A DNA stretch of 64,000 nt. Origin: Cyanobacteriota bacterium (lineage in GTDB: Bacteria; Cyanobacteriota; Cyanobacteriia; Cyanobacteriales; Nostocaceae). A program made the translations under genes and the position numbers. The notes beneath the pieces were generated by a model. It saw only the letters and a list, made by a program, of their open reading frames with translations, had not been told where the DNA came from and did not search any database. Each line of letters opens with the position of its first letter. Position 1 is the stretch's first letter. Below, piece after piece: positions 10,775 through 21,769 of the stretch. The DNA is taken from positions 49,234-113,233 of the forward strand of contig JBJOKS010000021.1 in assembly GCA_046045965.1 (NCBI GenBank). The letters run 5' to 3'.

Positions 10775-11179
10775 TCACTTGTTCGGTTGAGCAATACGCA
10801 CTTCAATATCTTCTAATGTGCGTAACAAAAGACGATTGGCTTGTAATTGCCAACCCCATTTCTGAATTCTAAAAGCTGCAACTGTGCCAATTATAGCTGC
10901 TAACAAACCTATCGGTTGATTGAGAGAAATTCCAAATAACAAACCTAAACCAGCAATACCCCAAAATGGTAAGGCTGCTGCCTGTCTTTGCTCCTCAACT
11001 ATTTCTGCAATTTTACTGTTTTGCATTGTAGCTAATAATTCTGCTTTAATTTGCCTCTGTTCTGCTAAGGATAGGGATAAACTGATCTTCCTGCGTAGTT
11101 TTTCCATCTTACGAGCATCAGTGCTGTATTCTGTGAGCTCATCTTCTGCCATTTTCAACAGATGTTCTAATTTTGACAT
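10775..11179 (-). CDS. Hypothetical membrane protein
   Basis: 134-aa ORF; coiled N-terminus plus two hydrophobic segments. Confidence 0.75.
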   Translation of the reverse strand: MSKLEHLLKMAEDELTEYSTDARKMEKLRRKISLSLSLAEQRQIKAELLATMQNSKIAEIVEEQRQAAALPFWGIAGLGLLFGISLNQPIGLLAAIIGTVAAFRIQKWGWQLQANRLLLRTLEDIEVRIAQPNK

Positions 11180-11352
11180 GGTGCATTGTCCACGTTATTT
11201 TTCTACAGTGATTATCGAGAATAATTGTTAATTTTTCTTGACCAGAGTATTATAATCAAATCTATAGCCTAAAATTACAACTCTACAATTAAATATAGGT
11301 AAAATAATAAGTAAAAATTGACAACTGATAACTGATAACTGATAAATAACCA

Positions 11353-12846
11353 ATGACTAAAAAATGGTTTCGGATAGGTATGACAGTGATATTCATCCTG
11401 TCATTTAGCTTACGCTTTTGGGGATTAGAACGATTTAATACCCTCGTATTTGATGAAATTTACTTTGCCCAATTTGGTAATAATTATCTTACCAAAACGC
11501 CCTTTTTTAATGCTCATCCACCACTTAGTCAATATATCATTGGTCTAGGAATTTGGATTGGTAATCATATTCCCTTTTGGCAAAATACTATTAATGGTGC
11601 AACAGGTTCTTTATTATCTCCTTGGAGTTATCGTTGGGCAAATGCTTTTACAGGTTCATTAATTCCCTTAATAGTTATTTTACTGACTTATCAGTTAAGT
11701 TATCGTCGTGGTTTTGCTTTATTAGCAGGTTTATTTACAGCTTTGGATGGTTTATTTTTGGTTGAATCTCGCTATGCTTTAAGTAATATCTATATAGTTA
11801 TTTTTGGTTTGATTGGACAATGGTTTTTATTATTAGCATTAGAAAAACAAAATCAAAAACGTTGGTTTGCTTTAGTGATAGCAGGGATTAGTTTTGGGGC
11901 TTCAATTGGGACAAAATGGAATGGTTTATGGTTTCTTACAGGTGCTTATGGAATGTGGATAGCAGCTTGGATAATTCGTTGGTTGCAATCTTTTTCACCG
12001 TCACCAAGATTACCTTTATTTTCTTATTTGCGTCCTTATAAAGAACACATTGAAACCCAGGTAAATACTGTGAAAATCCCACTGCAAAAAATTACGCAAA
12101 TAAATATTTTGCAAATGGGATTTTTTCTAGGAATTGTCCCGATAATAATTTACAGTTTAATTTGGATTCCTCACCTACAACTAGATACAAGGTATGGATT
12201 TATAGAAGTTCATAAACAAATTTTAGGATTTCATCTTCAATTGGGTGGTAATGATGCAAGCGTACATCCTTACTGTGCTGCATGGTATAAATGGCCATTA
12301 TTAACTCGGCCAATGGCTTATTATTATGAAACCACTCAAAGCTTTAAAGATCCCATTCCTGTATTTGGTCCTCCTTTACCTCCTAGTGCTGGAAAAGTGG
12401 TTTATGATGTTCATGCAATGGGTAATCCTTTCCTCTGGTGGTTTGGTATTGCAGCAATTATATTTTTAATAGGAATGTTATTGGTAAAAATAATTTTACC
12501 GGGAATACAGCAACAACGGTTATTTATTTCCAAAAATCTGAGTGTTGATACTTGGATTGCTTTATATATAGTTATTAATTATGCGGCTAACTTCTTACCT
12601 TGGATCAAGGTAAATCGCTGTGTGTTTATCTACCATTATATGTGTGCGGTGGTTTTCACATTTATTGCTCTTGCTTGGTTTGTTGATCAGTGTCTGCGTA
12701 GTTATTATAGAGGGATGCGTATATTTGGTTTGACAATCACTTTTACAATTATAGTTGCTTTCATTTTCTGGCTACCTATTTATTTAGGTTTACCTCTTTC
12801 TATGGAAGATTATCACCTACGGATGTGGTTTAGAAGTTGGATATAA
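11353..12846 (+). CDS. Protein O-mannosyltransferase family (GT39/PMT) glycosyltransferase
   Basis: VFDEIYF, HPPL, TKWNG, HPY, GNPFLWW, FIYHY; multi-TM. Confidence 0.9.
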   Translation: MTKKWFRIGMTVIFILSFSLRFWGLERFNTLVFDEIYFAQFGNNYLTKTPFFNAHPPLSQYIIGLGIWIGNHIPFWQNTINGATGSLLSPWSYRWANAFTGSLIPLIVILLTYQLSYRRGFALLAGLFTALDGLFLVESRYALSNIYIVIFGLIGQWFLLLALEKQNQKRWFALVIAGISFGASIGTKWNGLWFLTGAYGMWIAAWIIRWLQSFSPSPRLPLFSYLRPYKEHIETQVNTVKIPLQKITQINILQMGFFLGIVPIIIYSLIWIPHLQLDTRYGFIEVHKQILGFHLQLGGNDASVHPYCAAWYKWPLLTRPMAYYYETTQSFKDPIPVFGPPLPPSAGKVVYDVHAMGNPFLWWFGIAAIIFLIGMLLVKIILPGIQQQRLFISKNLSVDTWIALYIVINYAANFLPWIKVNRCVFIYHYMCAVVFTFIALAWFVDQCLRSYYRGMRIFGLTITFTIIVAFIFWLPIYLGLPLSMEDYHLRMWFRSWI

Positions 12847-13212
12847 ACCCAGAAAATTGTCCGCGTGATTTTACTTAATATATCTACATAATCAAGCGTT
12901 TAGTTAATCATCCATATTTTACATTTCTTATCTGTAGTCAGAATAACCACCTGTTACACTGTAAGCAGTTGAGCAATTCGGGTAACTCTACCCAATTACA
13001 AAATAGCAAGGGAATGATATAGACCTGACCAGAAAATTAAACAAGCTTGGAAATAACAAATGAGAAGTTAGCTAAATATCTCATTCAGTTGATCAGCTAC
13101 TTAATTAGCTGCCAGTTAATTTAATAGTAAATTTAAAAGTGCTAAGAGAGTTAAATCCGCGTAAGTTACTAAACCTGATAGGTGAAAAAATCTATCGCTA
13201 ACTCTACTCTTA

Positions 13213-15549
13213 ATGCACCTAGATAATAGAGGGGAAATTGTGATGGATATCGGCTTAAAAATGCAACCTGTTTCAGCTATTAATATAACTAGCTTGAAAG
13301 AAGCACCAATTCACCTTTCGAGCAAAATTCAACCTCATGGTATTGTGTTGGTTTTAGAAGAACCCGAGTTAAAAGTATTACAAGTTAGCAATAATACCTT
13401 AAATGTTTTCGGCATTTCTCCCGAAAATATGGTGCAGAAAAGATTAGAAGATTTAGTAGATTCATTCCAGTTAGAGAGAATTAAATCTGGGATATCAGAG
13501 CAAAATTTAGATTTTATCAACCCTACCAAACTTTGGATTAGAAAAAAAGGTGATGAATACACAGTATTCGATGCTGTATTTCATCGAAATTCTGAAGGAT
13601 TTTTAATTTTAGAATTAGAACCTGCAATTTCGCAAGAAAATATTCCGTTTCTCAGTTTTTATCATTTAGCCAGAGCTTCGATCAATCGTTTAGAAAGTAC
13701 GAAAAATCTGCGGGAATTTTGTCAAATTATTGTCCAAGAAGTGCGACAAGTGACTGGATTTGACAGAGTAATGCTATATAAATTCGATGATGATGGACAT
13801 GGTTCTGTTATCGCTGAAGAAAAAATAGCCGAATTAGAGCCTTATTTGGGGTTACACTATCCAGAGTCAGATATTCCCAAACCTGCGAGAAACTTATTTA
13901 TTTCCAATTCCATTAGATTAATCCCCGATGCTAATGTAGAACCTGTACAAATTTTTCCCGATCATAATCCTGTAACTAATCGTCCCATTGATTTAACTAA
14001 CTCTAGTCTGAGAAGTCCTGCATCTTGCCATATAGAATATCTACATAATATGGGTGTTGGTGCTTCTTTGACAATTTCTTTGATTAAAGATCAAAAACTT
14101 TGGGGTTTAATTGCTTGTCATCATCAAACACCCAAATATGTTTCCTATGAATTACGAAAAGCTTGCGAATTTTTAGGAAGAGTGATATTTTCCGAAATTT
14201 CTGCCAGAGAAGAAACAGAAGATTACGATTATAGAATGAGTTTGACATATATTCAATCACTCTTAGTTGAATATATGTCCCAAGAAGATAACTTCATTGA
14301 TGGTTTGGTCAAAAACCAGCCTAATCTTCTAGATTTAACCAGTGCTAAAGGAGCAGCAGTTTGTTTTGGGGGACATTACACTCTGATTGGTGAAACTCCC
14401 AAAGAAGAAGAACTGAATTTTTTAGTTGAATGGCTGAAAAATAATGTAGAAGATGAAGTATTTTATACGGATTCTCTTCCTAATATTTATCCCGATGCGA
14501 TTAGCTTCAAAAACGTTGCTAGTGGTTTATTAGCTATTCCCATTTCCCAACGCAATTATGTTTTATGGTTTAGACCAGAAGTAATTCAAACTGTGAATTG
14601 GGGTGGTGATCCAAATAAAGCTTTTGAAGTCAATCAATCCCAGGGAAATTTGCAACTGTGTCCCCGAAAATCATTTGAACTGTGGAAAGAAACAGTTAGG
14701 TTAACATCTTTACCTTGGCGATATGTAGAAGTAAAAGCAGCATTGGAATTACGGAAAGCAATCGTCAATATTGTGCTGCGTCAAGCGGATGAATTAGCAC
14801 AGTTGGCACATGATTTAGAAAGGTCTAATGCGGAATTGAAAAAGTTTGCTTATGTCGCTTCCCATGATTTGCAAGAACCACTTAATCAAGTAGCAAATTA
14901 TGTGCAGCTTTTAGAGATGCGTTATGAGTCCGAACTTGATGAAGATGCGAAGGAATTTATTAATTATGCAGTCGAGGGAGTGAGCTTAATGCAAACCTTG
15001 ATTGATGATGTATTAGCATATTCCAAAGTAGATACTCAAGCGATCGCATTTCAAGCAACTGAAGTAGAAACAGCCTTAGAACGAGCATTAAGCAATTTAC
15101 GCAAACGCATTTCCGAAACTGGGACAACTATTATCCATGACTCCTTACCCACTGTCATGGCTGATGGTACTCAACTGATGCAATTATTTTTAAATTTGAT
15201 CGGTAACGCCATCAAATTCCGCTCTCACGAACCACCGCAAATTCATATAGGTGCAGAAAGATTAGAAGATGAATGGTTGTTCTCAGTGCGCGATAATGGA
15301 ATTGGCATAGATCCGCAATTTAGCGATCGCATTTTTATTATCTTTCAACGCCTACACACCAGGGATGAATATCCCGGTACTGGTATGGGTTTAGCAATTT
15401 GTAAAAAAATTATTGAATGCCATCGGGGGCGGATCTGGGTAGAGTCACAACTCGGACAGGGCGCAACCTTCTACTTTACCATTCCAGCCGGAGGACGTGA
15501 TCGTGAGCGTAGAAACGGAAGAAACACACAAAATAATCTTTTTAGTTGA
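13213..15549 (+). CDS. cph1: Cyanobacterial phytochrome histidine kinase (Cph1/AphA/CphA type, PAS-GAF-PHY-HK)
   Basis: IQPHG, YPESDIP, chromophore site [16 protein letters not shown] tongue, SHDLQEPL H-box; start may be 13240 or 13243. Confidence 0.95.
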   Translation: MHLDNRGEIVMDIGLKMQPVSAINITSLKEAPIHLSSKIQPHGIVLVLEEPELKVLQVSNNTLNVFGISPENMVQKRLEDLVDSFQLERIKSGISEQNLDFINPTKLWIRKKGDEYTVFDAVFHRNSEGFLILELEPAISQENIPFLSFYHLARASINRLESTKNLREFCQIIVQEVRQVTGFDRVMLYKFDDDGHGSVIAEEKIAELEPYLGLHYPESDIPKPARNLFISNSIRLIPDANVEPVQIFPDHNPVTNRPIDLTNSSLRSPASCHIEYLHNMGVGASLTISLIKDQKLWGLIACHHQTPKYVSYELRKACEFLGRVIFSEISAREETEDYDYRMSLTYIQSLLVEYMSQEDNFIDGLVKNQPNLLDLTSAKGAAVCFGGHYTLIGETPKEEELNFLVEWLKNNVEDEVFYTDSLPNIYPDAISFKNVASGLLAIPISQRNYVLWFRPEVIQTVNWGGDPNKAFEVNQSQGNLQLCPRKSFELWKETVRLTSLPWRYVEVKAALELRKAIVNIVLRQADELAQLAHDLERSNAELKKFAYVASHDLQEPLNQVANYVQLLEMRYESELDEDAKEFINYAVEGVSLMQTLIDDVLAYSKVDTQAIAFQATEVETALERALSNLRKRISETGTTIIHDSLPTVMADGTQLMQLFLNLIGNAIKFRSHEPPQIHIGAERLEDEWLFSVRDNGIGIDPQFSDRIFIIFQRLHTRDEYPGTGMGLAICKKIIECHRGRIWVESQLGQGATFYFTIPAGGRDRERRNGRNTQNNLFS

Positions 15550-15949
15550 GGATAATAAAGCCGATATCCGTCTGATTCAAGAAGCATTAAAAACTAGTTC
15601 ATTACCTCATCAGGTAGTAACAGTAAGGGATGGAATAGACGCTATGGCCTATCTCCGTCAAGAAGGTGAATATGCTGATGCAATACGCCCCGACCTGATC
15701 TTGCTAGACTTGAATTTACCAAGGAAAGATGGCCGAGAAGTATTGGCAGAAATTAAATCTGATCCCAAACTCAAACGCATACCCGTAGTTGTATTAACAA
15801 CTTCCAAAAATGAAGATGACATTTACCACAGTTACGACTTGCACGTAAACTGCTACATTACCAAATCCCGCAACCTCACTCAATTATTCCAAATCGTCAA
15901 AGGTATTGAGGAATTTTGGTTCTCTACCGCTACCTTACCATCGGAATAA
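15503..15949 (+). CDS. rcp1: Single-domain response regulator Rcp1/RcpA
   Basis: LVEDN, LLDLNLP, C-terminal FW...LP motif; overlaps phytochrome gene; GTG start after GGAGGA. Confidence 0.92.
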   Translation: MSVETEETHKIIFLVEDNKADIRLIQEALKTSSLPHQVVTVRDGIDAMAYLRQEGEYADAIRPDLILLDLNLPRKDGREVLAEIKSDPKLKRIPVVVLTTSKNEDDIYHSYDLHVNCYITKSRNLTQLFQIVKGIEEFWFSTATLPSE

Positions 15950-15974
15950 ATTCATAATTTATAATTCATAACAA

Positions 15975-15997
15975 TGCCTCCGGCACGCTACGCGAAC
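15975..15997. repeat. Small dispersed repeat (SDR-like, 23 nt)
   Basis: TGCCTCCGGCACGCTACGCGAAC; second copy at 17212-17234. Confidence 0.7.
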
Positions 15998-16018
15998 AAA
16001 AACTCCTGACTCCTGAAA

Positions 16019-17185
16019 ATGATGGCTGTAACCTGCTCAGTAAAAATCTTGTTGATTGAAGACAACTTGGCGGAAGCTAGGTTGTTACAAGAGTTTCTGA
16101 AGCAAGCCCAATCTAAAGAGTTTAGTTTAGTTCATGTCCAAAGATTACGAGACGCATTTCATGAGTTAAATCAGCAAAGCTATGATGTAATTTTGCTGGA
16201 TTTAACTTTACCTGATAGTCAAGGATTATCATCCCTACCATTACTAATAAGTCAAGCTCCTAGCACTCCAATTGTTGTTCTGACAAATACAAATGATGAA
16301 GAATTAGCCATTGAAGCCGTGCGAGAAGGAGCGCAAGATTATCTAGTTAAAAGGCAAGTAAAACCAGATGTTTTAGTTCGCTCCGTGCAGTATGCGATCG
16401 CCCGAAAACAAGTTTTAGAACAATTACGTACAGTCAATCAAACATTAGAAACAACAGTTGAAGAAAGAACTGCTCAACTGGAAAAAGCTCAAGAACTCTA
16501 TCAATTTAAATCTGACTTTGTTTCCATGCTTTCCCATGACATTCGTAATCCATTGAATACTATACTCTTAGCTGCGGGATTACTACAAAATAATGATGAC
16601 AAACTAACTCAAGAGAAAAAAATCAATCATTTAAAAATGATTCGCTCTGCTATCAAAAACATGGCGCAATTATTAGATGAAGTCTCATTCATGGGTAAAG
16701 CTGATTCTGGTAAATTACAAAGTCAACTCAGTCCCTTAGATTTAGAAGCATTTTGTCACCAAATACTAGAAGATATTCATTTAACGGCTTTAGAAAAGCA
16801 AGTGACTATAGACTTTACAAGTCATGGTGACTTTAGCTCAACCCTTTGGGATGAAGGTTTATTAAGGCACATTTTAGGAAATCTCCTCAGTAATGCTATT
16901 AAGTATTCCCACCCTGATAGCAAAGTAAATTTTGAATTAATTAGACAAGATAAAACAGCCATTTTCAGAATTCAAGATTGGGGAATTGGCATTTCCAAAA
17001 AAGACCAAAACCAACTATTTATTCCCTTTCATCGTGGGGATAACGTCGGTGGTATTTCCGGCACAGGTATGGGTTTAGCAATTGTGAAAAAGTGTGTTGA
17101 GGCGCATGGTGGTGAAATTTTAGTTGATAGTCAAATTGATGTAGGGACAACATTTACTGTGACTTTACCTTTAATTCAAATTTAA
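16019..17185 (+). CDS. Hybrid REC-histidine kinase
   Basis: N-terminal receiver (LLDLTLPD), SHDIRNPL, NLLSNAIKYS, GTGMGL. Confidence 0.93.
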   Translation: MMAVTCSVKILLIEDNLAEARLLQEFLKQAQSKEFSLVHVQRLRDAFHELNQQSYDVILLDLTLPDSQGLSSLPLLISQAPSTPIVVLTNTNDEELAIEAVREGAQDYLVKRQVKPDVLVRSVQYAIARKQVLEQLRTVNQTLETTVEERTAQLEKAQELYQFKSDFVSMLSHDIRNPLNTILLAAGLLQNNDDKLTQEKKINHLKMIRSAIKNMAQLLDEVSFMGKADSGKLQSQLSPLDLEAFCHQILEDIHLTALEKQVTIDFTSHGDFSSTLWDEGLLRHILGNLLSNAIKYSHPDSKVNFELIRQDKTAIFRIQDWGIGISKKDQNQLFIPFHRGDNVGGISGTGMGLAIVKKCVEAHGGEILVDSQIDVGTTFTVTLPLIQI

Positions 17186-17211
17186 GCAACTTCTTATTCG
17201 TAGATCAACTA

Positions 17212-17234
17212 TCCCTACGGGACGCTACGCGAAC
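17212..17234. repeat. Small dispersed repeat (SDR-like, 23 nt)
   Basis: TCCCTACGGGACGCTACGCGAAC; shares its 3' 13-mer with 15975-15997. Confidence 0.7.
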
Positions 17235-17352
17235 GATGGCATAGTAGCAAATTATATTGATCTAATACTTAGAGTTGTTGATGCTAATGCAGTTGGAATT
17301 ATTGAGACAGAGATGGTTAAAATAGATGAAAAGTCTATTTTGAAAACCTGTC

Positions 17353-17526
17353 ATGTCTACAGAATTAAACATTGAAGACGTACAAGCACCAATTACAACT
17401 GCACCACCGGAAGTCAAGCAGATAATTGAACGAGTATGTAAATTAGAAAAATCGAGATTAGCACGAAAAAGCAAAGGTGCAATTAACGATGATATTTTAA
17501 CCATAGTTAAGGAAGCAGTACAATGA
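17353..17526 (+). CDS. Small 57-aa protein coupled to the SMC-like ATPase (PbeB-like); absent from the ORF track
   Basis: MSTELNIEDVQAPITTAPPEVKQIIERVCKLEKSRLARKSKGAINDDILTIVKEAVQ*; stop overlaps the next start (ATGA). Confidence 0.75.
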   Translation: MSTELNIEDVQAPITTAPPEVKQIIERVCKLEKSRLARKSKGAINDDILTIVKEAVQ

Positions 17527-19589
17527 AATTGACTTCCATTAAACTTTGCAATTTTCGCTCTTTTTATGGTCAGACACCAGAAATTGTCATTGCTAGTGGA
17601 GACTTTCGCAATACTACAATTATTCACGGTAATAATGGTGCAGGAAAAACCAGTTTATTAAATGCTTTTACCTGGGTTTTATATGAAAAATTTACTGCTG
17701 CTTTTGCTGCGATAGAACAGTTAGTTAATAAACGCGCAATTTGCGAAGCTGAAGAAAATCAAGCAGTAGAATGTTGGGTAGAAGTTGGTTGGGAACATGA
17801 AGGAATACGCTACCGTGCAAAACGCACTTGTCGAGTTTATAAAAATTCTGCCACATTGGAAGCAACGAAAACGAAATTAACAATTCAATATGCTAATGAA
17901 GAAGGTAAATGGGGTTTTCCCATAGAACCAGCAGAAGAAATTATCAATAATATTTTACCAGCAAGTTTACATCAATATTTCTTTTTTGATGGGGAAAGAA
18001 TTGAAGAAATAGTCCGTTCTGATAAAAAAACAGAAATTGCAGAAGCAACAGAAACATTTTTAGGTGTGAAAGTCATTGACTTAGCTATTAGACATTTAAA
18101 AGAAGCCAAGAAAACCTTAGATAATGACTTAGCAGCTATTGGTGATGCGGAAACCAAACAGTTATTAAAAGAACAAACTAAACTAGAACAAGAAATTGAA
18201 AGAATTACCCAACGACAAACTGAAATTAAACAAGAGTTGGAAAATCAACAGACGTTTAAAAAAGATGTCAGTAACCGATTGATAGAATTAACTGCGGTTA
18301 AAGAATTACAAGAAAGACGACAAAATTTAGAAACTCAAAAACGCACAAATCAGGAAGAACTAAGAAAAAATAAGGATGCACTCAAAAAGATTATTTCTAA
18401 ACAAGCTTACACAGTTTTATTGGATGAGACTAACCATGAGTTTCGGAAAATAATTACCGATTTAAAACAAAGAGGAGAATTAAAATCGGGAATTTCTAAA
18501 GAATTTGTCGCAGATTTAATTCAATCTGGACGCTGTATTTGTGGTGCAGATTTAAAAGAAGGTGGAAATGGACATTTTCACGTTAAATCTCTCCTGAAAA
18601 AAACAGGTTCTTCTTCAGTGGAAGAAACAGCAATTAGAATGGGAGCGCAAATTGATGATATTGATAAACAAGCAAGTTTATTTTGGGAAAATGTTGATAG
18701 GGAACAAGCAAGAATTAGTCAGCTAAAAGAAGCTCTTGCTCAAATTGAACGTGAATTAGATAACATCCAGGAGATTTTACGAAAAGACCCCAATGAAGAT
18801 ATTAGCGGTTTGCAAAAACGGTTAGATGACATTGAAGCAAAAATTGATGATTTAAATCGAGAACAAGGTGCAAATCAACAGGAAGTTTCTCACATCAAAG
18901 CAGACATTGATGTTTTGGTGAAACAAATTTCTAAACAAAAGCAGAATGAAGAAAAACAAGTATTAGCACAGCGTCGGATGAATGCTGCTCAAGATGCAAT
19001 TGAAAGATTAATTGAGGTAAAAAATAGACAGGAAAACCAATTTAGATTGCAGTTAGAAAAGCGAGTACAGGAAATATTTTCAGAAATTTCTGTGACTCCT
19101 TATATTCCCAAGATTACCGAAAAATATGAACTAACTTTAGTCGAAAATACCACAGGAATAGAAGCACCAGTTGCAGCTTCCACGGGAGAAAATCAAATTC
19201 TCAGTCTGTCCTTTATCGCAAGTATTATTGATAAAGTTAGAGAATGGAGTGAAAAGCGAAAAATCATGATGGTTCCTGATAGTAGCACTTTTCCTATTGT
19301 CATGGATTCACCTTTTGGAAGTTTGGATGCTAATTCTCGTCGTCACATTGCACAAACTATTCCTAAGTTAGCAAATCAGTTGGTTGTTTTGGTGACAAAA
19401 ACTCAATGGAGGGTGGAAGTTGAGGAGGAAATTCTTGATAGAATTGGTAAGGAATATGTGCTGACTTATTATTCTTCTAAACCTGACTGTGAACAGGATT
19501 TTATTGATGTTGGTGGGGAAAAATATGCTTTAATTAGGCAAAGTCCTAATGGTTTTGAGTATACTGAAATTGTGGAGGTGGAAAGGTAG
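17523..19589 (+). CDS. SMC/SbcC-like ABC ATPase, DndD paralogue (PbeC-like)
   Basis: GNNGAGKT, FFFDGERI, long coiled coil with central RCICG, ASTGENQ signature, MDSPFGSLD. Confidence 0.85.
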   Translation: MKLTSIKLCNFRSFYGQTPEIVIASGDFRNTTIIHGNNGAGKTSLLNAFTWVLYEKFTAAFAAIEQLVNKRAICEAEENQAVECWVEVGWEHEGIRYRAKRTCRVYKNSATLEATKTKLTIQYANEEGKWGFPIEPAEEIINNILPASLHQYFFFDGERIEEIVRSDKKTEIAEATETFLGVKVIDLAIRHLKEAKKTLDNDLAAIGDAETKQLLKEQTKLEQEIERITQRQTEIKQELENQQTFKKDVSNRLIELTAVKELQERRQNLETQKRTNQEELRKNKDALKKIISKQAYTVLLDETNHEFRKIITDLKQRGELKSGISKEFVADLIQSGRCICGADLKEGGNGHFHVKSLLKKTGSSSVEETAIRMGAQIDDIDKQASLFWENVDREQARISQLKEALAQIERELDNIQEILRKDPNEDISGLQKRLDDIEAKIDDLNREQGANQQEVSHIKADIDVLVKQISKQKQNEEKQVLAQRRMNAAQDAIERLIEVKNRQENQFRLQLEKRVQEIFSEISVTPYIPKITEKYELTLVENTTGIEAPVAASTGENQILSLSFIASIIDKVREWSEKRKIMMVPDSSTFPIVMDSPFGSLDANSRRHIAQTIPKLANQLVVLVTKTQWRVEVEEEILDRIGKEYVLTYYSSKPDCEQDFIDVGGEKYALIRQSPNGFEYTEIVEVER

Positions 19590-19757
19590 AAGATGAAACG
19601 AACCGCAGAGACGCAGAGGACACAGAGGAAGAGAAGAAATTTATCTGCGTTTATCTGTGTTCATCTGCGTTCAATTTTTTATCTCGCGCAAAGACGCAAA
19701 GGAAAAAAGAAAAAATCATCCGTGTTCATCTGCGTTTAGTTTGAATTATTATCAGGT

Positions 19758-21656
19758 GTGAAAATGTCAATCAAAAAAATCTCATTCATCATCTTTTTAA
19801 GTCTCTTATCTTCCCCAGTTTTAGCGTTTTCTGATACTCGAAATTATTGGGGTAATGATTGTATTAAAATATTAGGAGAACGAAAATTATTAACCGGTTA
19901 TCCTGATGGTAGTTTTCGTCCTAATGCAACTGTTACCCGTGCGGAAGCAGCAGTTTTAATGTTAAATGCTTTTCCTGATGCTCCTATTCAACGCAATGCG
20001 GTAATATTTAAAGATGTACCTAGCAATTTTTGGGCTAATAAAGCTATTAATACTGCTTATCAAAAAGGGTTTTTCTCTGGTTATCCAGGTGGTATTTTTC
20101 AACCTAACCAACAAATTCCTAGAGCGCAAATTATTGGTGTGATAGCTGGGGGTAAAAATTATAATTCTGTTGCTAACCCAGCGCAAATATTACAACGTTA
20201 TTTTGATGATGCTCAACAAATTCCTAATTATGCTCAAAGTTCTATAGCTGCGGGAACAATTAATAGTATTGTTGTTAATTATCCTAATGTTAAACAATTG
20301 AAACCTCTGCAACCAGTAACTAGAGGAGAAGTTGCAGCTTTGATCTGTCGAGCTTTAAATATTTATGCTGTTCCTCCTCAATATATTGCAGGTGTGGAAG
20401 TTCAACCCCAAGAGGTTCGCACTTTACCAGGAAAATTAGACACTATTCCTACTTTTAATAGTAATAGTCCTGAACTTGTGAATACTGATGGAATTTTACT
20501 TTCTACTTTTTCACCAGATGGAAAACAAGTAAAAAATGCACATTTAAATTATCTTTTTCAAGGTCGGTTTGATGTCTTTTCTCATCATATTGTCAGAGCA
20601 GAAAATTCCTCTCAGAATCGTACAGTTTATCAAGGTATAATTGTCCATAACCCTGGTAATGAACCTGCAACTTTACAAGTTTTAAATGCTGCAAGTTATC
20701 TTTCTAGGGAAGCACCTTTTATTGAGTTACCGGATATGCTGGATAATTCCCAAGGAACGGTTTATGCTGGTCCTGGAAGTAGAACTATGAATGATGTTTT
20801 ACGGGGAATTAGACAGGGGATATTTCCCGAAAAGTTGGTGCTAGAACCTGGAAAAACGCAAATTTTAGCTAATTTACCAATTTCTGTCCAAGCACCTTCT
20901 TCCAATGGTCGCACGGTGATGATGCGTTTGAGTAGCGATCGCCCCATTTTTATGGCAAACTTAGCTATGAGTAGTCAAACTCCCCCCACCGTCGTAGCAT
21001 GGGAAAAGCTTCTCAATACTGGCAGTTTAGCAGGAAAACGTGACCCTATCCCCACACCTTTGGACCCTCCCAGAGAACCCACAGTATTTAGTCGCGTTGC
21101 TGGTGTATCTGAGGGGACAAGATGGGAAGCAAATATTACAGATAATACAAGTGTAAATAATTTAACTTTACCCCAACCAGGAAAATCGTTTTCTTATCCT
21201 TTGGGAACTGTACATTTAATCACTCTTAGCACCGGACAAATACAGAGTGCAAAAATGTTAAAACGTTATCCTGATACGGCGTATTTTGCCCATAGTAATT
21301 ATGGTGTAGAGTATAATTTAAGTCTGCCTTTATTCAATTCTAGCAGTCAAGTTAGAAATGTAACAGTGTCAATGCAAACACCTGTTAAGGATGAGGGTGG
21401 TACTGATAGATTATTGTTTTTAAAACCACCTGTGGAACAAGTATTTTTCCGGGGGACGGTGCGGGTACGTTATCGGGATGATAGAGGAAGTGAACAAACG
21501 CGCTATGTCCATTTAGTGCAGCGTCGCGGACAACCGGGGGATGCTTTGGTAAATTTAAAGTTAGCACCAGGGGAAAAAAGACAGGTTCAGGTAGATTTTT
21601 TGTATCCTCCTGATTCTACTCCTCCGCAAGTTTTGACGGTGAAAACTGAGGGGTAA
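19758..21656 (+). CDS. Secreted S-layer homology (SLH) domain protein with DUF3370-like C-terminal region
   Basis: Signal peptide, three SLH repeats (GYPDGSFRPNATVTRAE), FNSNSPE and YPPDSTPPQVLTV. Confidence 0.85.
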   Translation: MKMSIKKISFIIFLSLLSSPVLAFSDTRNYWGNDCIKILGERKLLTGYPDGSFRPNATVTRAEAAVLMLNAFPDAPIQRNAVIFKDVPSNFWANKAINTAYQKGFFSGYPGGIFQPNQQIPRAQIIGVIAGGKNYNSVANPAQILQRYFDDAQQIPNYAQSSIAAGTINSIVVNYPNVKQLKPLQPVTRGEVAALICRALNIYAVPPQYIAGVEVQPQEVRTLPGKLDTIPTFNSNSPELVNTDGILLSTFSPDGKQVKNAHLNYLFQGRFDVFSHHIVRAENSSQNRTVYQGIIVHNPGNEPATLQVLNAASYLSREAPFIELPDMLDNSQGTVYAGPGSRTMNDVLRGIRQGIFPEKLVLEPGKTQILANLPISVQAPSSNGRTVMMRLSSDRPIFMANLAMSSQTPPTVVAWEKLLNTGSLAGKRDPIPTPLDPPREPTVFSRVAGVSEGTRWEANITDNTSVNNLTLPQPGKSFSYPLGTVHLITLSTGQIQSAKMLKRYPDTAYFAHSNYGVEYNLSLPLFNSSSQVRNVTVSMQTPVKDEGGTDRLLFLKPPVEQVFFRGTVRVRYRDDRGSEQTRYVHLVQRRGQPGDALVNLKLAPGEKRQVQVDFLYPPDSTPPQVLTVKTEG

Positions 21657-21769
21657 ATTTATGATTTTTTCTCACGCAGAGTCGCAGAGTCGCAGAGAGA
21701 ATAACGCAAAGGTTTTGTTTTAGTTAATGCAATTTGCTGTAAGATAGTTGGAGTTTAGATTTTATTTTT

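Noticed and set aside
17240..17375. Possible decayed PIN/VapC or pbeA remnant (IVANYIDLILRVVDANAVGIIE...)
   Set aside because: Short, has no start codon and only faint resemblance; cannot be supported without a homology search.
17262..17627. 121-aa minus-strand ORF
   Set aside because: Antisense shadow of the coupled small ORF and the ATPase start.
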